Positions 50,965-64,000 of a DNA stretch of 64,000 nucleotides are shown here, in pieces. This stretch comes from Octopus sinensis. Its lineage: Eukaryota. The DNA lies in assembly GCF_006345805.1 (NCBI RefSeq), contig NC_043009.1, positions 59,458,001 through 59,522,000 of the forward strand, given 5' to 3'. The notes under the pieces are model-generated. The model had not been told where the DNA came from and searched no databases. It saw only the letters and a list, made by a program, of their open reading frames with translations. Each line of letters begins with the position of its first letter. Position 1 is the stretch's first letter. The translations under genes were made by a program, and so were the position numbers.

Positions 50965-53900
50965 AATTTCTAACTTCCTGGGAATTTCGTCGAAAACTTC
51001 ATGGAAAGTTCCGAGGATTTTCTAACTTCCTGGATATCTCGTCGAAAACTTCATGGGAAATTCCGAGGATTTTCTAACTCCCTGAAAATTTCGTCCAAAC
51101 CCTCATGGAAAGTTCCGAGGATTTCCTAACTTCCTGGATATTTCTTAGAAATCCACATGGGAAGTTCAGAGGATTTCCTAACTTCCTGGATATTTCATAG
51201 AATTCCTCATGGGAAGTTCCGCGGATTTTCTAACTTCCTGGAAATTTGGTCGAAAACTTCATGGAAAGTTCCGAGAATTTCTAACTCCCTGGAAATTTCG
51301 TCCAAATCCTCATGGAAAGTTCCGAGGATTTCCTAACTTCCTGGATATTTCGTAGAAATCCTCATGGGAAGTTCCGAGAACTTTCTAACTTCCTGGGAAT
51401 TTCGTCGAAAACTTCATGGAAAGTTCCGAGGATTTTCTAACTTCCTGGATAGTTCGTCGAAAACTTCATGGGGAGTTCCGAGATTTTTCTAACTTCCTGG
51501 AAATTTCGTCGAAAACTTCGTGGGAAGTTCCGAGGGTTTTCTAACATCCTGGAAATTTGGTCGAAAACTTCATGGGAAGTTCCGAGGACTTTCTAATTTC
51601 GTGGGAATTTCGTCGAAAACTTCATGGCAAACTCCGAGGATTTTCTAACTTCCAGGAAATTTGGTCGAAAACTTCATGGGAAATTCCGAGGATTTTCTAA
51701 CTCCCTGGAAATTTCGTCCAAATCCTCATGGAAAGTTCCGAGGATTTCCTAACTTCCTGGATATTTCGTAAAATTCCTCATGGGAAGTTCCGAGGATTTT
51801 CTAACTTCCTGGATATTTCGTCGAAAACTTCATGGGATTTTCCGAGGGTTTCCTAAATTCCTGGACATTTCGTCGAAAACTTCATGGGAAGTTCCGAGGG
51901 TTTTCTAACTTCCTGGAAATTTGGTCGAAAACTTCATGGGAAGTTCCGAGGACTTTCTATTTCCTGGAAATTTGGTCGAAAACTTCATGGGAAGTTCCGA
52001 GGACTTTCTAATTTCGGGGAATTTCGTCGAAAACTTCATGGCAAATTCCGAGGATTTTCTAACTTCCTGGAAATTTGGTCGAAAAGTTCATGGGAAATTC
52101 CGAGGATTTTCTAACTCCCTGGAAATTTCGTCCAATCCTCATGGAAAGTTCCGAGATTCCTAACTTCCTGGATATTTTGTAGAATTCCTCATGGGAAGTT
52201 CCGAGGAGTTTCTAACTTCCTGGATATTTCATCGAAAACTTCATGGGAATTTCCGAGGATTTTCTAACTTCCTGGACTTTCGTCGAAAACTTCATGGGAA
52301 GTGCCGAGGGTTTTCTAACATCCTGGAAATTTGGTCGAAAACTTCATGGAAGTTCCGAGGACTTTCTAATTTCCTGGGAATTTCATCGAAAACTTCATGG
52401 TAAGTTCCGAGATTTTTCTAACTTCCTGGATATTTCGTCGAAAACTTCATGGAAAGTTCCGAGGATTTTCTAACTTCCTGGATATTTCGTCGAAAACTTC
52501 ATGGCAAATTCCGAGGATTTTCTAACTTCCTGGATATCTCGTCGAAAACTTCATGGGAGGTCCCGAGGTTTTCTAACTTCTTGGAAATTTCGTCGAAAAC
52601 TTCGTGGGAAGTTCCGAGGGTTTTCTAACTTCCTGGAAATTTGGTCGAAAACTTCATGGCAAACTCCGAGGATTTTCTAACTTCCAGGAAATTTGGTCGA
52701 AAACTTCATGGGAAATTCCGAGGATTTTCTAACTCCCTGGAAATTTCGTCCAAATCCTCATGGAAAGTTCCGAGGATTTCCTAACTTCCTGGATATTTCG
52801 TAAAATTCCTCATGGGAAGTTCCGAGAATTTTCTAACTTCCTGGATATTTCGTCGAAAACTTCATGGGATTTTCCGAGGGTTTCCTAAATTCCTGGACAT
52901 TTCGTCGAAAACTTCATGGGAAGTTCCGAGGGTTTTCTAACTTCCTGGAAATTTGGTCGAAAACTTCATGGGAAGTTCCGAGGACTTTCTAATTTCCTGG
53001 AAATTTGGTCGAAAACTTCATGGGAAGTTCCGAGGACTTTCTAATTTCGTGGGAATTTCGTCGAAAACTTCATGGCAAATTCCGAGGATTTTCTAACTTC
53101 CTGGAAATTTGGTCGAAAAGTTCATGGGAAATTCCGAGGATTTTCTAACTCCCTGGAAATTTCGTCCAAATCCTCATGGAAAGTTCCGAGGATTTCCTAA
53201 CTTCCTGGATATTTTGTAGAATTCCTCATGGGAAGTTCCGAGGATTTTCTAACTTCCTGGATATTTCATCGAAAACTTCATGGGAATTTCCGAGGATTTT
53301 CTAACTTCCTGGACATTTCGTCGAAAACTTCATGGGAAGTGCCGAGGGTTTTCTAACATCCTGGAAATTTGGTCGAAAACTTCATGGGAAGTTCCGAGGA
53401 CTTTCTAATTTCCTGGGAATTTCATCGAAAACTTCATGGTAAGTTCCGAGGATTTTCTAACTTCCTGGATATTTCGTCGAAAACTTCATGGAAAGTTCCG
53501 AGGATTTTCTAACTTCCTGGATATTTCGTCGAAAACTTCATGGCAAATTCCGAGGATTTTCTAACTTCCTGGATATCTCGTCGAAAACTTCATGGGAGGT
53601 CCCGAGGTTTTTCTAACTTCTTGGAAATTTCGTCGAAAACTTCGTGGGAAGTTCCGAGGGTTTTCTAACTTCCTGGAAATTTGGTCGAAAACTTCATGGG
53701 AAGTGCCGAGGACTTTCTTATTTCCTGGAAATTTCGTCCAAATCCTCATGGAAAGTTCCGAGGATTTCCTAACTTCCTGGATATTTCGTAGAATTCCTCA
53801 TGGGAAGTTCCGAGGATTTTCTAACTTCCTGTATATTTCGTCGAAAACTTCATGGGAATTTCCGAGGATTTTCTAACTTCCTGGAAATTTCGTCGAAAAC

Positions 53901-55829
53901 TTCATGGGAAGTTCCGAGGGTTCTCTAACTTCCTGGAAATTTGTTCGAAAACTTCATGGGAAGTTCCGAGGACTTTCTAATTTCCTGGGAATTACGTCGA
54001 AAACTTCATGGAAAGTTCCGAGGATTTTCTAACTTCCTGGATATGTCGTCGAAACTTTATGACAAATTCCGAGGATTTTCTAACTTCCTGGATATTTCGT
54101 CGAAAACTCCATGGGAAGTTCCGAGGTTTTTCTAACTTCCTTGAAATTTGGTCGGAAACTTCATGGGAAGTTCCGAGGGCTTTCTAATTTCCTGGGAATT
54201 TCGTCGAAAACTTCATGGAAAGTTCCGAGGATTTTCTAACTTCCTGGATAGTTCGTCGAAAACTTCAGGGAAGTTCCGAGGTTTTTCTAACTTCCTGGAA
54301 ATTTCGTCGAAAACTTCATGGGAAGTTCCGAGGGTTTTCTAACTTCCTGGAAATTTGGTCGAAAACTTCATGGGAATTTCCGAGGACTTTCTAATTTCCT
54401 GGGAATTTCGTCGAAAACTTCATGGGAAGTTCCGAGGTTTTTCTAACTTCCTGGAAAATTCGTCGAAAACTTCGTGGGAAGTTCCGATGGTTTTCTAACT
54501 TCCTGGAAATTTGGTCGCAAACTTCATGGGAAGTTCCGAGGACTTTCTAATTTCCTGGGAATTTCGTCGAAAACCTCATGGCAAATTCCGAGGATTTTCT
54601 AACTTCCTGGAAATTTGGTCGAAAATTTCATGGGAAATTCCGAGGATTTTCTAACTCCCTGGAAATTTCGTCCAAATCCTCATGGAAAGTTCCGAGGATT
54701 TCCTAACTTCCTGGATATTTCGTAGAATTCCTCATGGGAAGTTCCGAGGATTTTCTAACTTTCTGGATAGTTCGTCGAAAACTTCATGGGAATTTCCGAG
54801 GACTTTCTAATTTCCTAGGAATTTCGTCGAAAACTTCATGGAAAGTTCCGAGGATTTTCTAACTCCCTGGAAATTTCGTAGAAATCCTCATGGGAAGTTC
54901 CGAGGACTTTCTAACTTCCTGGAATTTCGTAGAATTCCTCATGGAAAGTTCCGATGATTTCCTAACTTCCTGGATATTTCGTATAAATCCTCATGGGAAG
55001 TTCCGAGGACTTTCCAACTTCCTGGAATTTCGTAGAATTCCTCATGGGAAGTTCCGAGGATTTTCTAACTTCCTGGTAATTTGGTCGAAAACTTCGTGGG
55101 AAGTACCGAGGACTTTCTAATTTCCTGGGAATTTCGTCGAAAACTTCATGGAGAGTTCCGAGGATTTTCTAACTTCCTGGATATCTCGTCGAAAACTTCA
55201 TGGGAAATTCCTAGGATTTTCTAACTCCCTGGAAATTTCGTCCAAATCCTCGTGGAAAGTTCCGATGATTTCCTAACTTCCTGGATATTTCGTAGAAATC
55301 CTTATGGGAAGTTCCGATGATTTCCTAACTTCAAGGATGTTTCATAGAATTCCTCATGGGAAGTTCCGAGGATTTTCTAACTTCCTGGAAATTTGGTCGA
55401 AAACTTCATGAAAAGTTCCGATAATTTTCTAACTTCCTGGAAATTTCGTCGAAAACTTCATGGGGAATTCCGAGGATTTTCTAACTTCCAGGATATTTCG
55501 TCGAAAACTTCATGGGAAATTCCGAGGATTTTCTAACTCCCTGGAAATTTCGTAGAAATCCTCATGGAAAGTTCCGAGGATTTCCTAACTTCCTGGATAT
55601 TTCGTAGAAATCCTCATGGGAAGTTCCGAGGACTTTCTAACTTCCTGGGAATTTCGTCGAAAACTTCATTGAAAGTTCCGAGGATTTTCTAACTTCCTGG
55701 AAATTTCGTCGAAAACTTCATGGGAAGTTCCGGGAATTTTCTAACTTTCTGAAAATTTGGTCGAAAACTTCATGGGAAGTTCCGAGGACTTTCTAATTTC
55801 CTGGGAATTTCGTCGAAAACTTCATGGCA
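50965..55829. repeat. 52-bp satellite, ~93 copies, with ~20-mer (~1.04 kb) higher-order repeat
   Basis: Consensus aacttcctggaaatttcgtcgaaaacttcatgggaagttccgaggattttct; ccgagg occurs at 51011, 51063 and 51115. Confidence 0.95.
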
Positions 55830-56251
55830 GTTATGAAAGGCTATCAAGACTAAGCACCCAGGAAAACTGATAAATGGAGTCTTGTTTCATTAGGACAATG
55901 CTTCAGCACACAAATTCTTGGTTTCAATGGTTGCTGTGTGTGACTGGCTTTGAACTGGTTGATCATCCTCCCTATGTTAGTGATTTGGTTCCTTCTGTTT
56001 ATCATCTGTTTCCCAACATAGAAAAACACTCAGCTAAGCACCAGTATCACTATGATGAGAACACCTTATCTGTTGTTGATGACCATTTTGATCAACAGAG
56101 AAGTTTCTTCACCAGTGCGACCCAAGCACTGCAACGTCTAATGGAAGCGTGTGGACAGTAAGAGGAACTGTGTTAGAAAATGAACTTCATTTGGTCACAT
56201 TCCATTGAGAGTGTCTTGCTCAGATTAGGAACATTTCAGTCGACCCTCATA
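55830..56251 (+). pseudogene. Mariner transposase C-terminal relic with right TIR
   Basis: FH*DNASAH..GFELVDHPPYVSDLVPSVYHLFP; ends gaacatttcagtcgaccctcaTA. Confidence 0.8.
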
Positions 56252-56284
56252 ATAATAAAAATTATTATACCTGCATTTTTATTA

Positions 56285-56325
<41 letters not shown>

Positions 56326-56347
56326 TATTATTATTATTATTATTATT

Positions 56348-57341
56348 CAGTAGTTTTATTTTTATAGCGTGCTTTCACTTCACTACCGAGCGCAGCTCTG
56401 TGTGCCTTGGGTAAGTGCTGTGATTTGTTGTGACGCTCTGATGGTTATTGTATGGAAAGTGTTCTGCGTAGGATGTGTGCAGTGCCTAGTAGTGCAATTT
56501 TCTATATGTTATGTGTGTTTGTAAGTCCTGGTGTTTTTGTTATGTATTTGTCTGAATATTTTTTTATCATGCCTAATGCACCTACTATGATAGGAATTGT
56601 TTCTGTTTTCAGATTCCACATTCTAGTTACCTCTATTTCCAGGTCTTTGTATTTTGAGAGTTTCTCCATTTCTTTTAGAGACACGTTGTCATCAGCCGGT
56701 ATTGATACATCAATTAGAAAGCATTTTTTTCATCATGGTCTCTGACAACTATATCTGGTCTGTTGGCCTTAATTTCTCTATCTGTGTGTATCGGCATATC
56801 CCAGAGTATGGTTGCTTTCTCGTTTTCTGTGACCTTTTCTGGTGTGTGCCTATACCATCTTTTTCTGTTGTTATTCCATAGTGTTGGCATAGCTTCCAAT
56901 GTATGTAGGTTCCAACTCTGTCATGTCTGTGAATATATTCCTTCTTAGCCAGGGCTGGGCAGCTAGAGATAATATGATTTATTGTTTCTTGTCCATCTCC
57001 ACATATTCTGCAGTTACTTGTAATATTTCTTTTCATTACATGTTTTTGGTAATTTCTGGTGGGGAGGCTTTGGTCTTGTGCTGCAATTAAAAATCCCTCT
57101 GTTTCTGCTTTGAGTCCTGAGCTTCTCAACCATTGCTGGGATTTTTCTTTGTCTATTTCTTTTGCGTTTAGTTTAGCCCAGTATTTCCCATGAAGGGGCT
57201 TTTCTTGCCATCGTTTTATCATGGTTCGTTGCTGTTCTATTTTTAGTTTGGATTTCATTTGTTTTATAGCTTTTGTTGTTTCTTCATCTTCTTCTTCTTC
57301 ATGTTTATTAGGTGGTATGATTTCTTGTTTGTATTTGTCAG
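56348..57341 (-). mobile_element. R4/Dong-clade LINE 3' end, family 2 copy 2
   Basis: Near-identical to 49972-50964, with (TAA)n on both sides. Confidence 0.92.
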
Positions 57342-57342
57342 C

Positions 57343-57378
<36 letters not shown>

Positions 57379-57681
57379 TATCAATTTGTGTGCTATACTG
57401 AGTAGAGTTCTGTCACGTTTATATACATATATACATGCAAACGTACGCAAACACGCATGCACGCACACACATACATACATACATGCATGCATACATACAT
57501 ACATACATACATACATACATACATGCATACATACATATACACATACACTGCTGAATATCACAGTGAAAAACCACAGTAGAATGTAAACATATTAAACATG
57601 TCATAGTGATGTGGGCTAGTGTAGAGAAACTGTGTAAAGTTATGGAAACCAGCTACGAGCGGATGCTAACATAAATCTGAA

Positions 57682-57780
57682 GATCAGCGTAAAAGAAAAT
57701 GCAAACGCTGTACTGTTGAGAAATCTAGTTATTATACCTGTAATTATTGTGGTAATGAGATATGTAACAGACTGCCTAAT
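57682..57780 (+). pseudogene. Possible piggyBac transposase C-terminal Cys-rich relic
   Basis: DQRKRKCKRCTVEKSSYYTCNNCGNEIC (C-x2-C...C-x2-C-x4-C); the upstream frame is closed. Confidence 0.35.
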
Positions 57781-58124
57781 TATCAATCTTGAAAAAATAA
57801 GCTTCTCAAAACCGGAAATGTGAGAGCTGATTCGAAATCTACAGATCCAATCCATGACTGGAACTGTAAGAATCTGTAACACTTTCCAGAAGTTTATCAT
57901 TTAAATATATACGAGCATGTCTAGATATGCAACTATATGCATGAGAATACAAACATAAAACATACAAATTTGCACGTGCACTGACTCCAAATACTGCTCA
58001 TATATATGCAAAAATACCCTGGTGATGATGTTGAAATTCCAATGAAGAAGTCTTGGATCGAGGTTAGAAACCGGCTCCTTCGCTTATTGGCGAGACATCT
58101 TGAAATAAACCTGAACAAGTTCAT

Positions 58125-58575
58125 CCATCCATACATTCATACGTTCATACATACATACATGCATACATACACCCATACATACATACATACATACATACAT
58201 ACATACATACATACATACATACATACATGCATATATGCATATATATTCATGCATACATGCGTACATACATACACGCATATATACATGCAACATACATACA
58301 CACATGCATACATACATACGTGCATACATACACACATGCATACATACATGCATACATACACGCATGCACAGATACATACATACACGCATGCACAGATACA
58401 TACATACATACATGCATACATACATACATACATACATACATACATACATACACATACATACATACATACATACATACATACATACATACATACATACATA
58501 CATACATACATACATACATACATACATACATACATACATACATACATACATACATACATACATACATACACATAT
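58125..58575. repeat. (CATA)n
   Basis: Directly visible. Confidence 0.95.
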
Positions 58576-59877
58576 CCATGCTTGCATGCATGGATATGTG
58601 TATCCTATACATTTATCCATATTCACGACCATATATAAATATCTCTGCGTGTGTCTGCGAGAATTTACCACCTCTTACTTCGCTGCCTGTTTTGCGTAAT
58701 GGATTGAATAATACCTTAATGCATGCTGCAACCTATCACACCCAGAAACGAAAATATCATGTTTCATTTCTCTGTTTTTATTGAAACCCAGTCATAATAT
58801 CAAATATAGTTAAGAATTTCTTATTTCTAATTAGGAAACATATCTCAGCCTGCCACATATATAGATATGCTCCCATCTATTCAATAAAGGAAGATGACTG
58901 ATGTAACCAGTTTCTATCATGCCAGTAATATTATATAATTAATATTATTACATAGTGATATTATATACAGAACAGCGTTAATATAATATTAACAATTAAC
59001 CCCGAAGAGCTCACCAGAGGAATATCCATGAACCTGAGTGTACTTGAAAGGCGAATGAACTCTGCTTTCTCGTTGGTTAATGTTTATATAATACAATAGT
59101 CTTCAGATGTATAGTTACGTCTTAAGACAATAGATATGCATAAACTGTCTTAGAACAGGTGAAAGTGCTTGACTTAATCAGTTGATTGGTTTAGCTCTGC
59201 TACCTGGCCGTGGAGTGACTTTAGACGAGTATATTTTACTCTCTGGTTTAAAGATAAGATTCGTCCTTTATTCCAGCCAACCATGAGAACTCTTCAAAAG
59301 GTCACAGGTGATGCTTTCTCCTCTGAAGCAAACCGTACTATGACAAGAGGAACCTTTTTCACGGTTACTCAAGTAGCCAAATTTCTCTCAATTTATTCCC
59401 TGTCATCAAAGGCAGAAATTATACCTGTCGAATGTTATCGTTAAGATAGAGACTGGTGCATCAAGTGGAATTATAAGAGCGAAGATTCATCTTAAACGCT
59501 AAGTATCATTTCTGAATCCATTAGCTTATTTAACATAATAATGTCAATTATTATGTCATTAGATGACATTTGTGTCATCTGATGAACGAGTGGCCGAACC
59601 TCTGAATATGAAGTTTTGTGCAAGAACAGGAACCCGTTGGAATTACTTGTCCTGACTGTAGTGAAACAGGACAAATGGGAAAATATGTGGTCTGCATTAT
59701 GGCTAAATTATTAGGATGTTTATGTCATCCGTTCTTCCTTTTGAAAACACAGACTGGGAGAAAGTAGATGACATCTGAAGCCACCAGAAGCACGCAACAT
59801 GCCTTTCTTGCTGAGGTTGATTGTCAGAGACTTCGTTAAAACGAAGATTCACTTGATGCTCAGAAGTATTGTACTAA

Positions 59878-60043
59878 CTTTAGTCGAGCACATCGACCCC
59901 GGGACTTATTCTTTGTAAGCCTTGTACTTTTTCTATCGGTCTCTTTTGCCGAACCGCTAAGTTACGGGGACGTAAACACACCAGCATCGGCTGTCAAGTG
60001 ATGTTCGAGGGACAAACACTGACACACAAACACACACACATAA

Positions 60044-60079
<36 letters not shown>

Positions 60080-60215
60080 ATAGATATATGACGGGGGCTT
60101 TTTTCAGTTTCCGTCTACCAAATCCACTCACAAGGTGTAAAAGGTGCCACGCAGTGGGACTGAACCCGGAACCATGTAGTTCGTAATCAAGCTACTTACC
60201 ACACAGCTACTCCTC
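59878..60215 (-). mobile_element. SINE family A
   Basis: Matches the family with an internal deletion. Confidence 0.8.
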
Positions 60216-60443
60216 AATATTTAAGTGTTTGTCTCTAGGTTTTATCCTTTACTTGTTTCAGTCTTCGGACTGCGGTCATGCTGGGGCATTTCTTTGAAAG
60301 GTTTAGCCGAACAAATCGTCACCAGAGCTTATTTTCTGCATATATGTACATGTATGATATATGTGCGTGCGTGTGATGTGTGTAATTATACGTGAATGCA
60401 TAGATATAAACATACATTCCTAGAGCACATGCATAGCACATTT

Positions 60444-60860
60444 AAGGCGGCGAGCTGGCAGAAACGCTAGCACGCCGGGCGAAATGCGTAGCCGTATTTC
60501 GTCCGCCGTTACGTCCTGAGTTCAAATTCCGCCGAGGTCGACTTTGCTTGTCATCTTTTCGGGGTCGATTAAATATGTACCAGTTACGCACTGGTGTCGA
60601 TACAATCGACTTAATCCGTTTGTCTGTGCTTTTTTGTCCTCTCTGTTTTTAGCCCCTTGTGGGTAGTAAAGAAATAGGTATTTCGTCTGCCGCTACGTTC
60701 TGAGTTCAAATTCCACTGAGGTCGACTTTGCCTTTCATCCTTTCGGGGTCGATAAATTAAGTACCAGTTACGTACTGGAGTCGATGTAATCGACTTAATC
60801 CCTTTGTCAGTCCTTGCTTGTCCCCTCTATGTTTAGCCCCTTGTGGGCAATAAAAAAATA
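60444..60860 (+). mobile_element. SINE family B dimer
   Basis: Head aaggcggcgagctggcagaaac followed by two bodies joined at gaaatag|gtatttcgtctg. Confidence 0.85.
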
Positions 60861-60949
60861 ACATACATAAGCACATACACATAGGCATAGACACGTATAC
60901 ACATATACACACACACACACACGTGCTCGCAGTGTTGCAGTGAGTGAGT

Positions 60950-61008
60950 GTCTGCTTCTGAGCAAGTGTGATTATGTGTGTTTGTGTGTGTACCTTTGTG
61001 TGCGTATG

Positions 61009-61060
<52 letters not shown>

Positions 61061-61761
61061 CGTGATGTGGCTGGGTGTTTGTATGCGATGCGCTATGTGT
61101 ATGTATATCAGCACACATGTCTGTATGTGTGTGTATGTGTATGAAAGTGTGCGTGTGTGTGTGTGTGTTTATGAGCGTGTGTGTGTATGTGATAAGCATG
61201 TGACTGACTCTGTGTGTGGGATGGGGTGGGCGAGGTAGTGCAGTATGTGTATATTCATGGAGTCTGTATGTGCATGCGCGTGTGTGCATATGTATATATA
61301 TGTATTTGTTTGCTTATGTGTGCGCGCGTGTGTACGTTGTATGTGTGCAATGTGTGTGTGCTTACAGTTGAGTGTGCGTGTGTTCGAGCGTGTGTGTGTG
61401 TGTGTGTGTATATGTCAATGTGTATGTGTGCATATGCACGTGTGAGTGTATATGCGCGTAAGTATGCGTGTAAGGTGTGAATGAGTGCGTGTAGTAATAT
61501 GTCTATATATATGTGTCTGAGCAGACATGTGTGTGTGTGTGTGTGTATGCGTGTGCACGAGCAAATGTGTGCACGCTTGTGTGTGTGTCTGAGTGAGTGC
61601 CTGTATATGAATGTGTGTATATATGAATGTGATTAGGTGTGTGCGTGTGTTTGCAAGTACGTGTGTGTGTGTGTATGTGTGAGTGTGTGCGTGTGTGCGC
61701 GCAAATGTGTGCACGCTTGTGTGTGTGTGTGTGTGTGTGTCTCAGTGAGTATCTGTGTATG

Positions 61762-61792
<31 letters not shown>

Positions 61793-62160
61793 GTATGTAT
61801 GTATGTATGTATGTATGCATGTATGTGTATATGTATGTATGTATGTATATATGTATGTATGTATGATGTATGTATGTATGTATGTATGTATGTATTATGT
61901 ATGTATGTATGTATGTATGTATGTATATGTATGTATGTATGTATGTATGTGTGTGTATGTATGTATGTATGTATGTGTGTATGTATGTATTGTATGTATG
62001 TATGTTGTATGTATGTATGTATGTTGTATGTATGTATGTATGTATGTATGCATGCATGTATGTATGTATGTATGTATGTATGTATGCATGTATGTGAGCA
62101 GGTGTGTGCGTGTGTTTGCAAGTGTGTATGAGTGTATGAGTGTGTGTGTGTGTGTGTGTA
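60950..62160. repeat. (TG)n/(TATG)n compound tract
   Basis: Directly visible. Confidence 0.9.
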
Positions 62161-62569
62161 GTGGTGGTGGTGGTGATGTTAATAGGGCTATTATCTAGAT
62201 ACGCTGTCATCATATATCGCTATTTCAGCTTTTACATAAATGTTGACATCTATGAGAAATCTAGTTGACATATTTATCACGTCTTCTGATAAATGAGATC
62301 TATATTGCAGCGCCGCCGCCATCGCCATCATCATCAGCACCACCACCACCACCACCACCGCCACTACCACCACTACCACCAACACCATGACCATTAAAAC
62401 GAACCTACACAACCAACAAACACTACCACCACTACCGTTACTAACATCCCCACAACAACAACCAACAAAGAGAATATTACCACCTCTACTACCACCTACA
62501 CAACTAGATACAGCAATGATGCCAATACCACTATATCGATCACCACTACAGTCAACAAGAGCAACATAT

Positions 62570-62947
62570 ACAGGTGCAGGAGTGGATGTGTGGTAAGTAG
62601 CTTGCTTAGTGACCTCATGGTCCTGGGTTCAGTCCCACTGTGTGGCACCTTGGGCAAATGTCTTTTACTATAGCCTCGGGCCGATCAAAGACTTGTGAGT
62701 GAATTTGGTTGACGGAAACTGAAAGAAGCCCGTTGTATATATATATTAACATATGTGTGTATATGTGTGTGTATGTATATATTTGTGTGTCTGAGTTTGT
62801 CACACACCCCCCACAACATCGCTTGACAACCGGTTCGGCAAAAAGAGACCGATAGAATAAGTACTAGGCTTCCAAAGAAGCCTGGAGTCGAGTTGCTCAA
62901 CTAAAGGTGGTGCTCCAGCATGGCCACTGTCAAATGACTGAAACAAG
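62570..62947 (+). mobile_element. SINE family A
   Basis: aggtgcaggagtggatgtgtggtaag head through to the gtcaaatgactgaaacaag tail. Confidence 0.85.
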
Positions 62948-63179
62948 GCCAACATATATCGCAACTACAACCACCATAAGGACTAACAAAGACATCAGTG
63001 GTACCACTATAACAACTACCACCGCAACTACCACCGACACCAGGAAACACAACATCACCACAGCCATGACAACCACTACCATCTCGAAGCACCCGCCAAT
63101 ACCACTACAACCACTATTGGCACCATCACTGCTACCAACATCACCATCAAAAACACAACCAACAACAGCAACAAACATC

Positions 63180-63840
63180 AAACGTAATAACCATCACCAT
63201 CACCACCACCATTACGACCACCATTACCACCACCACAACAACTACAACAACAACCACTACAAACACCACCACAACAACTACCACAACCATCACTACCACA
63301 ACCAGCACCACTACTACCACCACCACCACCACAACTACCACAATCATCAACACAACTGCCACCACCTTAACGGCTACCACCACCGTCACAACCACATCCA
63401 CAGCCACTACCGCAACAACAACTACCATGACCACCTCTGCCACAACCACCACCACCACCGTCACAACCACCATGATTACATCCACAGCCACCACCACAAC
63501 AACAACTACCACAACCACCACTACAGCCACCACCACCGTTACAAACCACCATAACTACATCGGCAACCACCACCACAATCACAACCACCACCACCACCAA
63601 TACAACCACCACCACCACAACAACTACCACCACCACCACTACAACAACTACCACCACCACAATCACAACCACCACCACCACCACCACTACAACCACCACC
63701 ACCACAACCACCACAACCACCACTACAACAACTACCACCACCACAACCACCACCATAACAATTACCACCACCACCACTGCGGCCATCACCACCGTTACAT
63801 CTCATCGTAACCACATCCACAACCACAACCATCACCACCA
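63180..63840. repeat. (CAC/CAA)n tract
   Basis: Directly visible. Confidence 0.9.
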
Positions 63841-64000
63841 GGTCCTGACTGTAACCGGGGGGCTACCACTGGCTATAGTTGGTAGTCGTTTTACTGTCTC
63901 CATTAGACGTACCTTGATCACCACTACTACCACCACCACCAGCACCACCACCACCATCTTCGATTAGAAAATGTGCATAAATATATATATGCTATTCTTA

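Noticed and set aside
51884-55120. Repetitive MGSSEDFLTSW ORFs
   Set aside because: They are translations of the 52-bp satellite, whose period is not a multiple of 3.
50965-55829. CRISPR array or CENP-B-box satellite
   Set aside because: Units are contiguous with no unique spacers, there are no cas genes, the context is eukaryotic, and no TTCG-N4-A-N2-CGGG box is seen.
59575-59612. CTGATGA...CGAA as a hammerhead
   Set aside because: Lacks GAAA/UH and stem I/III pairing.

Overview
Eukaryotic, AT-rich, repeat-saturated non-coding DNA with no confident host protein-coding gene. The very high microsatellite density and the tRNA-derived SINE families point to a coleoid cephalopod, probably Octopus (inference). 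Most ORFs in the supplied track are microsatellite translations. The window contains three tRNA-derived SINE families, RTE, R4/Dong and Tx1-type LINE fragments, Tc1/mariner/pogo/hAT relics and MITEs, an intron-containing tRNA-Leu(CAA) pseudogene, and a 4.9-kb 52-bp satellite with a higher-order repeat. The standout signal is a duplicated tandem array of ~480-bp non-coding units (41231-46115). Each unit carries a minus-strand type I hammerhead ribozyme motif (10 copies in total), and each array sits in (TA)n and ends in an inverted segment, so it looks like a retrozyme or non-autonomous Penelope-like element. At least five other, unrelated hammerhead motifs of the Penelope-like type are scattered through the window. 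All calls were made by eye; no searches or folding programs were run.
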